From IMG/VR virus record IMGVR_UViG_3300028588_000812: a stretch of DNA of 49,763 nt. One strand, 5' to 3'. The notes beneath the pieces are model-generated. The model searched no databases. It was not told the DNA's origin and saw only the letters and a program-made list of their open reading frames with translations. Positions within the stretch are counted from its first letter, which is position 1; each line of letters starts with the position of its first letter. Both the position numbers and the translations under genes were made by a program. Of this stretch, positions 1 through 8,993 are shown in pieces. This DNA comes from an uncultured virus (IMG/VR IMGVR_UViG_3300028588_000812). Lineage: Duplodnaviria; Heunggongvirae; Uroviricota; Caudoviricetes.

Positions 1-285
1 AGAAGTTTCTCCTAATAATATAGCTCCTGCCACACCAAGTAAACCCAATAAACCATAAGCACCAATAAAAGGAATACCGACCAAAGTGAATGTTATACTA
101 ACAAAAAGCAAAACGATTGCGGCAATTTGAAGCGAATTAGAAATTCCAAAATTTATCTTATCTTTTTTAGTAAGCAACCTGTCAACAGTATATAAAGGAA
201 AAGGCTTAGAAGGCTTAAAGTATTCATTCTCATAAAACTTTGTTAACTCATCAGAATAATCTTGCTCAGTAATTAACTTACTCAT
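1..285 (-). CDS. Membrane protein, runs off the window edge; paralog of 391..996 (not in ORF track)
   Basis: Manual translation from ATG at 285: MSKLITEQDYSDELTKFYENEYFKPSKPFP...AAIVLLFVSITFTLVGIPFIGAYGLLGLLGVAG, open to position 1. N-terminus resembles TEQELNDKLSTFYDSATIYTDKAFP of the neighbour. Confidence 0.8.
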   Translation of the reverse strand, partial: MSKLITEQDYSDELTKFYENEYFKPSKPFPLYTVDRLLTKKDKINFGISNSLQIAAIVLLFVSITFTLVGIPFIGAYGLLGLLGVAGAILLGETS

Positions 286-390
286 ATTTATTTTACAATC
301 TACTAGAACGTTTATACATTCAAGCATACCAGGAAATAAAAATTATCCCTCTGATTGGACTTATCATTCAGAAGGGTAATAATTTAAGTA

Positions 391-996
391 TTACAAGTAA
401 GTCACTTCAAGTCTATCCTTGAATGCTTCATAAGCAATAATTTCTTCTGGCGAAGCTTGTCGCACAGTTTTAATCTTATTTTTATTCTCGTTCCACACTT
501 GCGTAAAATAATCATCATTAAATTTGAAAGTATTATTAGCCATAGCATTATTAATACTCTCATCACTTAAAGCTGGAATACCATAACGAGTATTTAACCA
601 TTCATTATAGGCGTTCTTAAAAGAATAATTATTTGGCAACAACTTTACCATATCCACATGAGCTTTACTTTTCATAGCATGAATTTTTCCACCTCGAATG
701 CTAACCCACAATAAACCACCCCAAACAAAAGCCCATATTGTATAAGGCCAAGCACTTTCTTCTATAACAGCAACAACAGTTAACAAAACAAAACCAACTA
801 TCATTGAAGTAACTGATGCTGCTAAAGCCCCAATACGTACAAAATCATATTTTATATTAGGATCATAAAAGCCTGAACTATCTAAAATCCCCTTAACAGG
901 AACAGGAAAAGCCTTATCTGTATAAATAGTTGCACTATCATAAAAAGTTGACAACTTATCATTTAACTCTTGTTCAGTAGGTTTATAGACCACCAC
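391..996 (-). CDS. Hypothetical two-TM membrane protein
   Basis: 201 aa ORF with two hydrophobic segments; upstream TGGTATGCT extended -10. Confidence 0.8.
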   Translation of the reverse strand: MVVYKPTEQELNDKLSTFYDSATIYTDKAFPVPVKGILDSSGFYDPNIKYDFVRIGALAASVTSMIVGFVLLTVVAVIEESAWPYTIWAFVWGGLLWVSIRGGKIHAMKSKAHVDMVKLLPNNYSFKNAYNEWLNTRYGIPALSDESINNAMANNTFKFNDDYFTQVWNENKNKIKTVRQASPEEIIAYEAFKDRLEVTYL

Positions 997-1092
997 AGGC
1001 TCACAATCAATTTAATATTTCTAATTGCCTACAAGCATACCAGGGAAACAGAAATGGCACACACAATTGCCAACAATCATGCGGGCAATATA

Positions 1093-1141
1093 AAATACAG
1101 TAGGCCCTCAGCTAAGTTCTAGCTGAGGGCCTACTGTATTT
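1093..1141. terminator. Intrinsic terminator, 22-bp perfect stem
   Basis: aaatacagtaggccctcagcta-agttc-tagctgagggcctactgtattt just downstream of 1149..2894. Confidence 0.85.
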
Positions 1142-1148
1142 CGCTTTA

Positions 1149-2894
1149 TTACTTGTTCGTTGCTCTTACAACATTTAGTGGGTTAGATGAACTTGTAAGG
1201 ATACCCTTGTCTACACGATTTGCACCGCGACCTTGATAGTCTCTACAGTCATATGTGCCGACTTTCCATGAAGAACCTTGTGGCGCTGATGCGGCACCGT
1301 TTCCCATGTCCCCACCTTGGGGGGTATTAAAGGATGCAGTTACACGATAGGTACGTTCTACAACGAAACCTTGGCTTGCACTTTCAGATGCCCAGTTAAA
1401 GGACATAGCCTTGTTTCCGTTAGCATTGTTGTTGTTATACCATTGTCCGAACTTCTCGATAGAGGCGTTACTTCTGTTAGCAAAATACTTGAAGTATTGG
1501 ATGCTAGCATTAGCGTCTGTACCATAGAATGGAGTTGAACCACCTTTAACCTCAGTCTTATAGGCTATGTTAGTAACATCTTTAACCCCGTTACTTGAAC
1601 CACCATCTGTTACATCAACATCACGTGCAGTTGAAGTGTCTACGATACGAACGTTAGCAAAGTCTAGATTAACTCTCTCACCGTTACGCATAGCTGCGGC
1701 TGGTGTTGTTGGTGATAATCTTCCTGATGTTACAGCAGCACGGTCTAGACCAAATGTTGTTGGTGTTCCCAATTTACATTGCCATTGAACTTGCGGACAA
1801 GTTGCAGGGTTTGTAAATTTGTCAATATTTGGTAATGCGCCTTGACTGTTGTATGGACCTTCTGTAGCGTTAGCAGCACCAGGTCGGCAAGAGTGTGTCC
1901 AGTATGTTGTTGCTGAACCAGGTTGTGTTCCACCTGAACTCCATTGAGAGTAAACTACTTGATTTCCCCATGCAATCCATTTAAGGTTGTTATAGGTTTT
2001 GTAGCTATAAGATGTAAACATTTTATAGTAACCGAATGGGTTAGTTTTTGTCTTGTAGTAAACATTTGCTGTACCTGTACGGTCACAGCTTGGTGGAGTT
2101 GTTCCGCTACCACCTGTTGGTTGACGAGGGTCAGAAGCTAATGCAGGACGGTTACCGTAAGCGGACCATGCGCTTTGAGGTCTTGTTCTGTCAATAGAGT
2201 ATTTAGCGTTTCCGCCGTAGTTCCAGAAACATGTTGTGCTTGAACGTTGGTCAGTAGGGTATAAACAACCGAATTGGTAGTAACTGATGTATTGTCCCAT
2301 TAGAACAGGTGGTTGTTCAAATTTTACCCAACCGAAGTTTCTGTTCCATTTGTAGTAGTATGGGTGTTCTACATAGTCAGCAACAAGTTGTCTCCAGTTT
2401 TGACCATAAGCAGACTTTTGACCACTTGGTGCGCACTGGTTATCTTGAACGTAAGTGGTGAACTTAATTCCAGAATAAACGGTGCTTGAACCCCATGATT
2501 CTTTTCTACCAGCACTACTAGCAGGACCACCAGCAATAGTATGTGCACGTTCACTATTACATGAGGCACCAGGTTGCCAACTTCCAGCACCAGACCAGTT
2601 TGCACAACCAAGAGCATAGTTGTTACCAACTTGTGGTTTTTGTTGTGATGTAGCTCCACCAGAAGGTTTAGGTGTGTTTGGCACATCGGTACCAATACCA
2701 GATGTTGGAGGGGCGCTACCGCCACCACCAACTCCTACGTCGATGTCTCCACCACCGCCACCACCAATACCGCCATCAGCGTGGGCAGGGGCAGCAAAGA
2801 CAAACAGAGATAGAACTGCGGCACTTAGTACCCCAGCTACGATAAGTAATACCCTTAGAAAGGGTGCATATAAGTTTAGTTTGATTGCTTCCAT
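1149..2894 (-). CDS. Secreted Gly/Ser/Thr/Cys-rich protein, possible surface adhesin
   Basis: Signal peptide ending AAPAHA-D, poly-Gly linker, several Cys, aromatic/beta-rich body. Confidence 0.7.
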   Translation of the reverse strand: MEAIKLNLYAPFLRVLLIVAGVLSAAVLSLFVFAAPAHADGGIGGGGGGDIDVGVGGGGSAPPTSGIGTDVPNTPKPSGGATSQQKPQVGNNYALGCANWSGAGSWQPGASCNSERAHTIAGGPASSAGRKESWGSSTVYSGIKFTTYVQDNQCAPSGQKSAYGQNWRQLVADYVEHPYYYKWNRNFGWVKFEQPPVLMGQYISYYQFGCLYPTDQRSSTTCFWNYGGNAKYSIDRTRPQSAWSAYGNRPALASDPRQPTGGSGTTPPSCDRTGTANVYYKTKTNPFGYYKMFTSYSYKTYNNLKWIAWGNQVVYSQWSSGGTQPGSATTYWTHSCRPGAANATEGPYNSQGALPNIDKFTNPATCPQVQWQCKLGTPTTFGLDRAAVTSGRLSPTTPAAAMRNGERVNLDFANVRIVDTSTARDVDVTDGGSSNGVKDVTNIAYKTEVKGGSTPFYGTDANASIQYFKYFANRSNASIEKFGQWYNNNNANGNKAMSFNWASESASQGFVVERTYRVTASFNTPQGGDMGNGAASAPQGSSWKVGTYDCRDYQGRGANRVDKGILTSSSNPLNVVRATNK

Positions 2895-2905
2895 AATAGT
2901 CTTTT

Positions 2906-3754
2906 TTATTCCTCCACGTTGATTAGATAATCCGTGTTACCTTTTATCTCTAACGATGCAGAAATATCATCTATAATCATTATCGGTACTTCGGTATCAT
3001 TCGAAGCTGGTTTGTTCTTTTCTGATAGAACGAATTCTAATTTGTAATCTCTATCTTGAGAAATTAAATTACCTTCTGGTGAGTCAGGCTTTTGGTATAA
3101 AAGCTGCATATTTACAGTAGCAGTGATTTTAACGGAAGTATCAGATAGACCAGTTATGGTCATATCTGTAATTTGTGGAGGGAAAGCTGCGCATGCTTCG
3201 GCATCCCACGTATCGTAGCAATTAGGAGATACTTGCAACGATGGATCTGGCATGGATACTTTACCAGTATAGAAGCTGTTAAAAGCTTCACTTTCAGGTT
3301 CTTTCGCTGCTTCTAAGTATTGAGCGTTAAGTTCCTCTGAAACATAAGGAGTAATATATGTTTTTATGGAACCGGCAGTATAATCATCTTTTGTTTTCCA
3401 CCACCCTGTTGCAAAGTAAGGGTTTTTTATAGCATCTTCGACATATTTGTTAACGGTGTATGCACCTAGAATTCCATAAACTGGATTGGTGTTACCAATG
3501 TCACCTTGCGCATAAAAAGTAGAGTTTTCTGCTTTCACAGCATCAGAATACTGCTTAGTTTTAGTCAACTCATCAAAAGCTTTATCTTGTGCTTCAATAT
3601 CTACTAGTCCATTATCTACTGGCGTAGTAGATGGTACTGGCTCTTTGATAGCATCGTCAGTTGTACCAAAAGGTTTCACAACGAAAACGACGATTGCAAC
3701 TATAGCTATTACTGCTGCTACTGCGATACTGATTAATATTTTTTTGTTTTTCAT
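2906..3754 (-). CDS. N-terminally anchored extracytoplasmic protein
   Basis: MKNKK followed by a hydrophobic helix and an acidic soluble domain. Confidence 0.75.
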   Translation of the reverse strand: MKNKKILISIAVAAVIAIVAIVVFVVKPFGTTDDAIKEPVPSTTPVDNGLVDIEAQDKAFDELTKTKQYSDAVKAENSTFYAQGDIGNTNPVYGILGAYTVNKYVEDAIKNPYFATGWWKTKDDYTAGSIKTYITPYVSEELNAQYLEAAKEPESEAFNSFYTGKVSMPDPSLQVSPNCYDTWDAEACAAFPPQITDMTITGLSDTSVKITATVNMQLLYQKPDSPEGNLISQDRDYKLEFVLSEKNKPASNDTEVPIMIIDDISASLEIKGNTDYLINVEE

Positions 3755-3803
3755 ATAAAAATGTCTCCCAACCTAATATCGGCTTGGGAGACATTTTTAT
3801 ATG
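3752..3803. terminator. 20-bp perfect inverted repeat overlapping the RBS/ATG of 2906..3754, with CCGATA in the loop
   Basis: catataaaaatgtctcccaa-cctaatatcggc-ttgggagacatttttatatg. Confidence 0.8.
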
Positions 3804-3813
3804 TGGTTTAAGC

Positions 3814-5013
3814 TTATGAAGCGATGGATAAACCAGTTTGTGTGTTCAAAGTCCAAGAAGCTCTTGAACCAGCAACTTGTGTTGGTGCATCTTTAGTAAC
3901 GGAATAAGAGAACGTACCTTGTACAAGAAGACCTACTGGGTTATCTTCGTTACCTAATGCTGGATTAGCAGCAACAATCTCTTCTTTTGAAAGGTTGCTG
4001 TTTTTAGCCATAAGGTCAACAACGGTAGAGTTTTTTGCTTCATATGAAGAAGTAGCACCAGTTTCTACAATGATAATATCTTTACCAGTAGTAGAGGTAG
4101 AACCATAAATTTTGTTAACCTGAATGTTCGTTTCTTCTGCACGAGGGCTACCATCACGAGAAATTGGTGTTGGTAAGTAATCTCCAACAAGAAGACCAGT
4201 ACCTACTAAAGATTCCCCGTTGAAAGCGTCAGGAGAAGATAGAAGAGATTTGTTTTGTGCTAACCAGTCGGCATCACTTTGCTTGTCATTGTCTAAACGA
4301 GTTGAGTCTAAACCTTGTTCAGCTAAGAAAGTAACAGCAGTTTTTTGAGCAGCAGCGGCATCTTCTTCTGTGAAGCCATGCTCAGTTAAGCTTGCAACGT
4401 CAGATTTGCTGGAGTCGTATTTAAGAGCACCAGAATTAGGGTCAATCGTTGTCTTACAGTATGTGCCATAGTCATCAGTAACTTCTTCTTGAGGTACAAC
4501 ATCGCCATACTTACCTGGATCTTCTGTGGAACAAGCTACAGTGTCAGTTGGTGCAGGTGCATTGGTTTTGTCATCATTTGGCATTTGGCCACCTGTGCAT
4601 GCTGCAAGGCTAACAAGTAAGGTACCAGCGATACCTGCTGCAATTAGAGGCTTCTTAACGCGAGCTACGGTGCGTGCTAAAGCGTTTTTCCATGCATTCA
4701 TGGACCCACCAGTAACACCGTGCTCATCGGCTTCTGCTCGGGCTTGTAGAAGATTTTTCAAAATAGCTACTTTTTCCTTTTCGTCAAGAGTATTATCGTA
4801 CTTTGCTTTGAATTCCTCTAAATTAAAGTATTGTTCTAACTCTTCTTTAGAAGGAGCTTCTAAACCGCGACCCTCTTTGTTTAGTTCTTTCATAATAGCA
4901 TATATCTGTTCTTTGTCAACACCTGTCTTAGCATGAACGTATGTTAAAACGGCTTTTGTATTAGCACGATGACGTAAACAACGTTTTCCGCCTTTTGATT
5001 TTGGTGCGCACAT
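3814..5013 (-). CDS. MC..GGxRC-tagged protein with an internal lipoprotein-like signal
   Basis: Starts MCAPKSKGGKRC; about 120 aa later RVKKPLIAAGIAGTLLVSLAA-C (lipobox-like), then an acidic extracytoplasmic domain. Confidence 0.75.
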   Translation of the reverse strand: MCAPKSKGGKRCLRHRANTKAVLTYVHAKTGVDKEQIYAIMKELNKEGRGLEAPSKEELEQYFNLEEFKAKYDNTLDEKEKVAILKNLLQARAEADEHGVTGGSMNAWKNALARTVARVKKPLIAAGIAGTLLVSLAACTGGQMPNDDKTNAPAPTDTVACSTEDPGKYGDVVPQEEVTDDYGTYCKTTIDPNSGALKYDSSKSDVASLTEHGFTEEDAAAAQKTAVTFLAEQGLDSTRLDNDKQSDADWLAQNKSLLSSPDAFNGESLVGTGLLVGDYLPTPISRDGSPRAEETNIQVNKIYGSTSTTGKDIIIVETGATSSYEAKNSTVVDLMAKNSNLSKEEIVAANPALGNEDNPVGLLVQGTFSYSVTKDAPTQVAGSRASWTLNTQTGLSIAS

Positions 5014-5055
5014 ATGTGTAGTTCCCTTTATTCTTCTTGGTTTCTCTGGTATTCC

Positions 5056-5061
5056 TATCGG
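5056..5061 (-). promoter_or_regulatory. CCGATA promoter-like motif
   Basis: About 43 nt upstream of the start at 5013; recurrent motif. Confidence 0.6.
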
Positions 5062-5167
5062 TTAGAAAAGGCAAAAAGGACATAAACGTGTCTTTTTTAA
5101 GGTTTTATTTGAATTTGCTTAAAGTTTTATTTTTATGCAGAAAAACAAGAATTTTTACATTGCACTA

Positions 5168-6586
5168 TCAAATACTCTTTATATAAACCGTGTGTCCAGA
5201 ATTCCAAATTCTTGGTTTATTGGTCATGTCAGAAACACTATCTTTATCAATACGTTTATGGCCTGTTGAATAAGTGAAGTCTGGTTCTATAGTTTTATTT
5301 TCAACAAAATTATTATTTATATAATCCTTAGGATTATCATGTGCATTATCTAAAATAGCTGTTATTTTATTTACTGCATATTTGTGTTGAATGAAATCTA
5401 GCAAACGCCCAAAGCTATCTGTGGTACTGTTCTTCATAGTGTAAGATTTTATATGTATTTGTTTATCTTGTTCGTAATCAAACGATAGGATAGCTTTTAT
5501 ATTATTGTACTCATCAGTTAATCCGTAGTTATATGTACCAATATCAGTTCTAGTTAAATTATACTTTCCCGTAAAAGTTTCTGCGTCAAGTAAATCAATT
5601 GATGTAATTTTAGTGTTATCTAAATTATTATCTATATTGAACACTTCCTCTAATTTAGCCATTACTGCTTCTCTTTTGGAATTCCAGTCATCTTCCCAGA
5701 TTTGTATTAAACGGATACCTTGTTGTTGGCATTGCATCCATTTATTATAATGAAATTGAGTATTTTTTCTGATAGCGTCAGTATGCCAATATATGCCATT
5801 ATATTCAATTGCAATCCTTAACGATGGTACATATATATCCAGTTCTGAGCCGTTCAGTATACTTCTGTTAGAAGTTTCATGAGTTATGTTCCACTTTGTG
5901 AGTAGCTTGCTGATTTCTGCCTCTGCAACAGAAGCACCACCAGCAAATGCACAAGCAGGGCATCCTGATGGAACTTTTTTAGTAGCTCTATTTTTAATAA
6001 CTGCTTCCCATGCATGTCCGCATGTTTCGCTTAACCACCATACCTTTTTCCCAGAACCAGCCACAAAATTTTCTGCTTTTAATTCTCCGTTTAAGGTTGG
6101 GTGAAACTCAGCAGCAACATTAGGATGCGTAGTAGGCAAATCATTAAAACCAATTAAAACTCTTTGATTAGAGCAAAAAGGGCATCCTCTTTTATTTCTT
6201 GTTCTTTTATCTACACTCGCTTGCCATGCATGTTGATGTTGTTTACATTGCCACCATGGTTTTTTGTCTGAGCCTGCTACTAAATCTTGCGCTTTTAATT
6301 CTCCGTTTAAGGTTGGGTGAAACTCAGCAGCAACATTAGGATGCGTAGTAGGCAAATCATTAAAACCAATTATGGCTTTTCTGCCGGAACACCCTGGACA
6401 GCCTGATTTGTTAACGCCAGTTCTTAAATTAGCCGAGGCTTGCCATGCATGTTGATATTTATTACATGCCCACCATACTTTTTTGTTGGAACCTGCGGTT
6501 AGATGTTGCGCTTTCAACTCTCCGTTTAAGGTTGGGTGGAACTCAGCAGCAAGATTAGGATGCGTATTTAATAAGCTATCAAGCAT
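5168..6586 (-). CDS. Zinc-ribbon repeat (DUF4379-like) protein with a PD-(D/E)XK/Vsr-like endonuclease domain; homing-endonuclease-like
   Basis: Three repeats of HPxxAAEFHPTLNG..KxWWxC..HxW..GCPxC, then ELDIYVPSLRIAIEYNGIYWH and IRLIQIWEDDW. Confidence 0.8.
   Translation of the reverse strand: MLDSLLNTHPNLAAEFHPTLNGELKAQHLTAGSNKKVWWACNKYQHAWQASANLRTGVNKSGCPGCSGRKAIIGFNDLPTTHPNVAAEFHPTLNGELKAQDLVAGSDKKPWWQCKQHQHAWQASVDKRTRNKRGCPFCSNQRVLIGFNDLPTTHPNVAAEFHPTLNGELKAENFVAGSGKKVWWLSETCGHAWEAVIKNRATKKVPSGCPACAFAGGASVAEAEISKLLTKWNITHETSNRSILNGSELDIYVPSLRIAIEYNGIYWHTDAIRKNTQFHYNKWMQCQQQGIRLIQIWEDDWNSKREAVMAKLEEVFNIDNNLDNTKITSIDLLDAETFTGKYNLTRTDIGTYNYGLTDEYNNIKAILSFDYEQDKQIHIKSYTMKNSTTDSFGRLLDFIQHKYAVNKITAILDNAHDNPKDYINNNFVENKTIEPDFTYSTGHKRIDKDSVSDMTNKPRIWNSGHTVYIKSI
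6075..6372. repeat. Two identical 82-bp direct repeats (6075-6156, 6291-6372; 216-bp period); a diverged third copy near 6510-6566
   Basis: gcttttaattctccgtttaaggttgggtgaaactcagcagcaacattaggatgcgtagtaggcaaatcattaaaaccaatta occurs twice. Confidence 0.9.
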
Positions 6587-6758
6587 CTTTGCTCTCTATA
6601 TTACTTTCAATGCTTTCTGGGTTCCAACCTTGTACTAGTATTGTGCCAGTCGATTTAATTTTAATACCTAAAATAGCTCCTTCATTAAATAATGATAAAG
6701 CTTGTCTGTATGACAATCCTTCTTGTTTGGCGAATAGTGATAGTTTAATTTTATCCAT
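6579..6758 (-). CDS. 59-aa HTH protein resembling the IS607 TnpA/MerR-like N-terminal domain (below ORF-track cutoff)
   Basis: MDKIKLSLFAKQEGLSYRQALSLFNEGAILGIKIKSTGTILVQGWNPESIESNIESKDA*; TGTTATAAT 5 nt before the ATG; stop overlaps the ATG of the nuclease gene. Confidence 0.7.
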   Translation of the reverse strand: MDKIKLSLFAKQEGLSYRQALSLFNEGAILGIKIKSTGTILVQGWNPESIESNIESKDA

Positions 6759-6847
6759 AATATATTATAACATATATTGGTATAAAACGTCATATTTTGT
6801 ATTTATTACTTAATCTTATAAGGCTATTTTACTCAGTATGTTGTTGA

Positions 6848-7096
6848 CTATTTGTGTTCTGTGGATGAGAATGCTAGCTCAACATTGTCTGATGTAGGTT
6901 CAGGTATATAGATTACGAAGTAAGTATGTTGAGTGGTATTAGTTTTTTCTAATAGTTCACTTAGGCTAGGTGCTGAGTGTTGCACTTTGTTGTGTTCTAT
7001 TGCTACCCATTGGTTAACATAGTTCTCGTTCAAGTCCTGTGTTAGTTCTGGCGTGAAGATGTTGTCAGGTTGTTTAGGTGTTTTACGCTTTTTCAT
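6848..7096 (-). CDS. Small DUF5678-like protein
   Basis: YVNQWVAIEHNKVQHSAPSLSELL pattern. Confidence 0.55.
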   Translation of the reverse strand: MKKRKTPKQPDNIFTPELTQDLNENYVNQWVAIEHNKVQHSAPSLSELLEKTNTTQHTYFVIYIPEPTSDNVELAFSSTEHK

Positions 7097-7192
7097 TGAA
7101 AACCTATCATGGATTGTTTACTATGGTTTTAGTATATCATCTATATTTTGTTGTAGTAGATTTCTTTTTAGGTTTCTGGTAGACTTGGGTTT

Positions 7193-7693
7193 ATGTTTAC
7201 TTCTTTAGTTTTGGCTTCTACTACACCTGTTGTCGGTGGGTTTGAAAAACTGTCTGCTGACACTCCTTTCTTTACTTGGAACTTTTTTACTATTGCTATT
7301 CCTGTAGTAGCGATTGTATTAGCTTTCTTGTATTTCTTGCATGATGAATGGGCTTCTCCCCTTTTCTTAATATTTATTGTTATTGTTGTTTTTATATTTA
7401 CTCAACTTTTTGGTGGTTTGGCTGCTAATAGTAATGCGGTAGATAAAAATGCTGTAAAACAGTTACCTGATTATGATAAGTGGGTTAGTGAGCGTTATGG
7501 TTTGAATGGGTTGCCTAAGGATGTTTTGAAAGACCTTTATTCGGGTACCAATGTTGACCTTATTAACATTGGTACTGTTACTATGATGGAGCAGGGGGAG
7601 AATACTTTCTATCTTGTTTATGATGAGAATGATAAGGAGTTGCCTGTTGTTGGTGACACTAGTGGCCAAAAAGAGAAAACTAATACTTGGTAA
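7193..7693 (+). CDS. Two-TM membrane protein, probably leaderless
   Basis: Two hydrophobic helices; YDKWVSERYGL resembles YNEWLNTRYGI of 391..996; TGGTAGACT 7 nt before the ATG. Confidence 0.75.
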   Translation: MFTSLVLASTTPVVGGFEKLSADTPFFTWNFFTIAIPVVAIVLAFLYFLHDEWASPLFLIFIVIVVFIFTQLFGGLAANSNAVDKNAVKQLPDYDKWVSERYGLNGLPKDVLKDLYSGTNVDLINIGTVTMMEQGENTFYLVYDENDKELPVVGDTSGQKEKTNTW

Positions 7694-7735
7694 GTAATTC
7701 TTAGACGAATTAACTAACTCTGCTAAAATTAATTT

Positions 7736-8041
7736 ATGGCATATATTAGAAAAGAATACGGTCTTAAGGTTACTCATACTGATGGTAAAGTCGAGTTTGT
7801 AAAGTGCGAGAATTTTAATTCTGTTACTTCTACAGCTTATGATTATATCCATAGTTTTGGTCCAAATAATATTGAATTAGAAACCATTGTTCGCACTGTT
7901 TTTGTGGATGAGTGGGAAGTCTTGGATAATCTTCTTCGTCCTAGGGGACCAGATGCTATGTATGAACATACTGTTGAAATTGGTAGTTCTTCTATTCAAG
8001 ATAGTATCCAAGAGCTTTTGGAAGAAATCAATAAAGAATAA
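7736..8041 (+). CDS. Hypothetical protein, probably leaderless
   Basis: 101 aa ORF; TGCTAAAAT 6 nt before the ATG. Confidence 0.7.
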   Translation: MAYIRKEYGLKVTHTDGKVEFVKCENFNSVTSTAYDYIHSFGPNNIELETIVRTVFVDEWEVLDNLLRPRGPDAMYEHTVEIGSSSIQDSIQELLEEINKE

Positions 8042-8057
8042 TTCTATTTGCTAGTAA

Positions 8058-8113
8058 CAAAAATGTCTGATTATTCGTACATAATAAAAAGTACGAATAA
8101 TCAGACATTTTTG
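8058..8113. terminator. Bidirectional terminator, 23-bp stem
   Basis: caaaaatgtctgattattcgtac...gtacgaataatcagacatttttg between convergent genes. Confidence 0.8.
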
Positions 8114-8128
8114 GTTTTGGAGCTTTGT

Positions 8129-8863
8129 TTAGAACCTTACATGAGTTTTGACATTTCTGTTATTTCTTTTGTATTCCATTTGGCCTTTGTCTAATAGGAA
8201 GACTTGTCCTGTCTGGTTGGATAGAGCCACTTCTATTATTTCAGTGGCAGCAGTTTCTGGTGTATGAGGTTTGATACCTTTTGGAATATCTAATGTGAGG
8301 TCAGCTAATCTTTGTGGGTCGTTTTTGTATCGTTCTTCTGTAGAGTTAGATTGTATTGAGCCTAGTGTGGCTACGTTAACGCGAACGAAGTCTTGGGTTA
8401 ACTCTGGGATTAAACCGTTCATTAAGCCTTCTAGGGCTGCTTTGGATGCCGAATAGATGGGTAGACCGTAATCTACGTAAGCGTTAATTGAAGATATGAA
8501 TGTAATACTTCCGTTAGCATTTATTTTGTTCTTTGTTGCTAGAACAACATCTATTGCTGATAAGAAATTGTTTTGTATGGTATTTGTGATTACTTGTTGG
8601 TCTTCAATGATTTCTGTGGCAGCAAGCTCTTCTGGGCTTACCCCACCAGCTATATGAATAATGTAATCAACTTTAAGATTATGAATATCAAAGGTAGGTA
8701 GTTGACCTTCACCAAGTTTAGTTTGAATGAAATTATCTAATGGATATGCTGTTTCATCTTTATCTAAACCGTATACTTCTATACCTTTGCTAAGTAAGTT
8801 TTCTATAACAGCTTTACCAATTTCACCATTGGAACCTGTTATTAGAGCTTTTTTATCTGTCAT
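8129..8863 (-). CDS. SDR-family NAD(P)-dependent oxidoreductase
   Basis: ALITGSNGEIG (TGxxxGIG-like) and catalytic YSASK; start moved to MTDKK (8872 also possible) because the longer ORF crosses a terminator. Confidence 0.85.
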   Translation of the reverse strand: MTDKKALITGSNGEIGKAVIENLLSKGIEVYGLDKDETAYPLDNFIQTKLGEGQLPTFDIHNLKVDYIIHIAGGVSPEELAATEIIEDQQVITNTIQNNFLSAIDVVLATKNKINANGSITFISSINAYVDYGLPIYSASKAALEGLMNGLIPELTQDFVRVNVATLGSIQSNSTEERYKNDPQRLADLTLDIPKGIKPHTPETAATEIIEVALSNQTGQVFLLDKGQMEYKRNNRNVKTHVRF

Positions 8864-8942
8864 ATTAATCATGTTGCTTTTACTATCTGTACTTTTATGA
8901 CATACTGTATATAAACTAGGTATATATACAGTTATTTGATAT

Positions 8943-8984
8943 ATAAGTATGGCCCCTCGCAATTAAGCGAGGGGCCATACTTAT
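8943..8984. terminator. Intrinsic terminator of pncB
   Basis: ataagtatggcccctcgc-aattaa-gcgaggggccatacttat. Confidence 0.85.
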
Positions 8985-8993
8985 TACTCTATG

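Noticed and set aside
6075..6372. DGR template/variable repeat pair
   Set aside because: Copies are identical, in-frame protein repeats with no adenine-specific mismatches, and there is no reverse transcriptase in the window
5168..6758. Complete IS607 element
   Set aside because: No serine recombinase catalytic domain and no TnpB RuvC motifs; only the HTH resembles IS607
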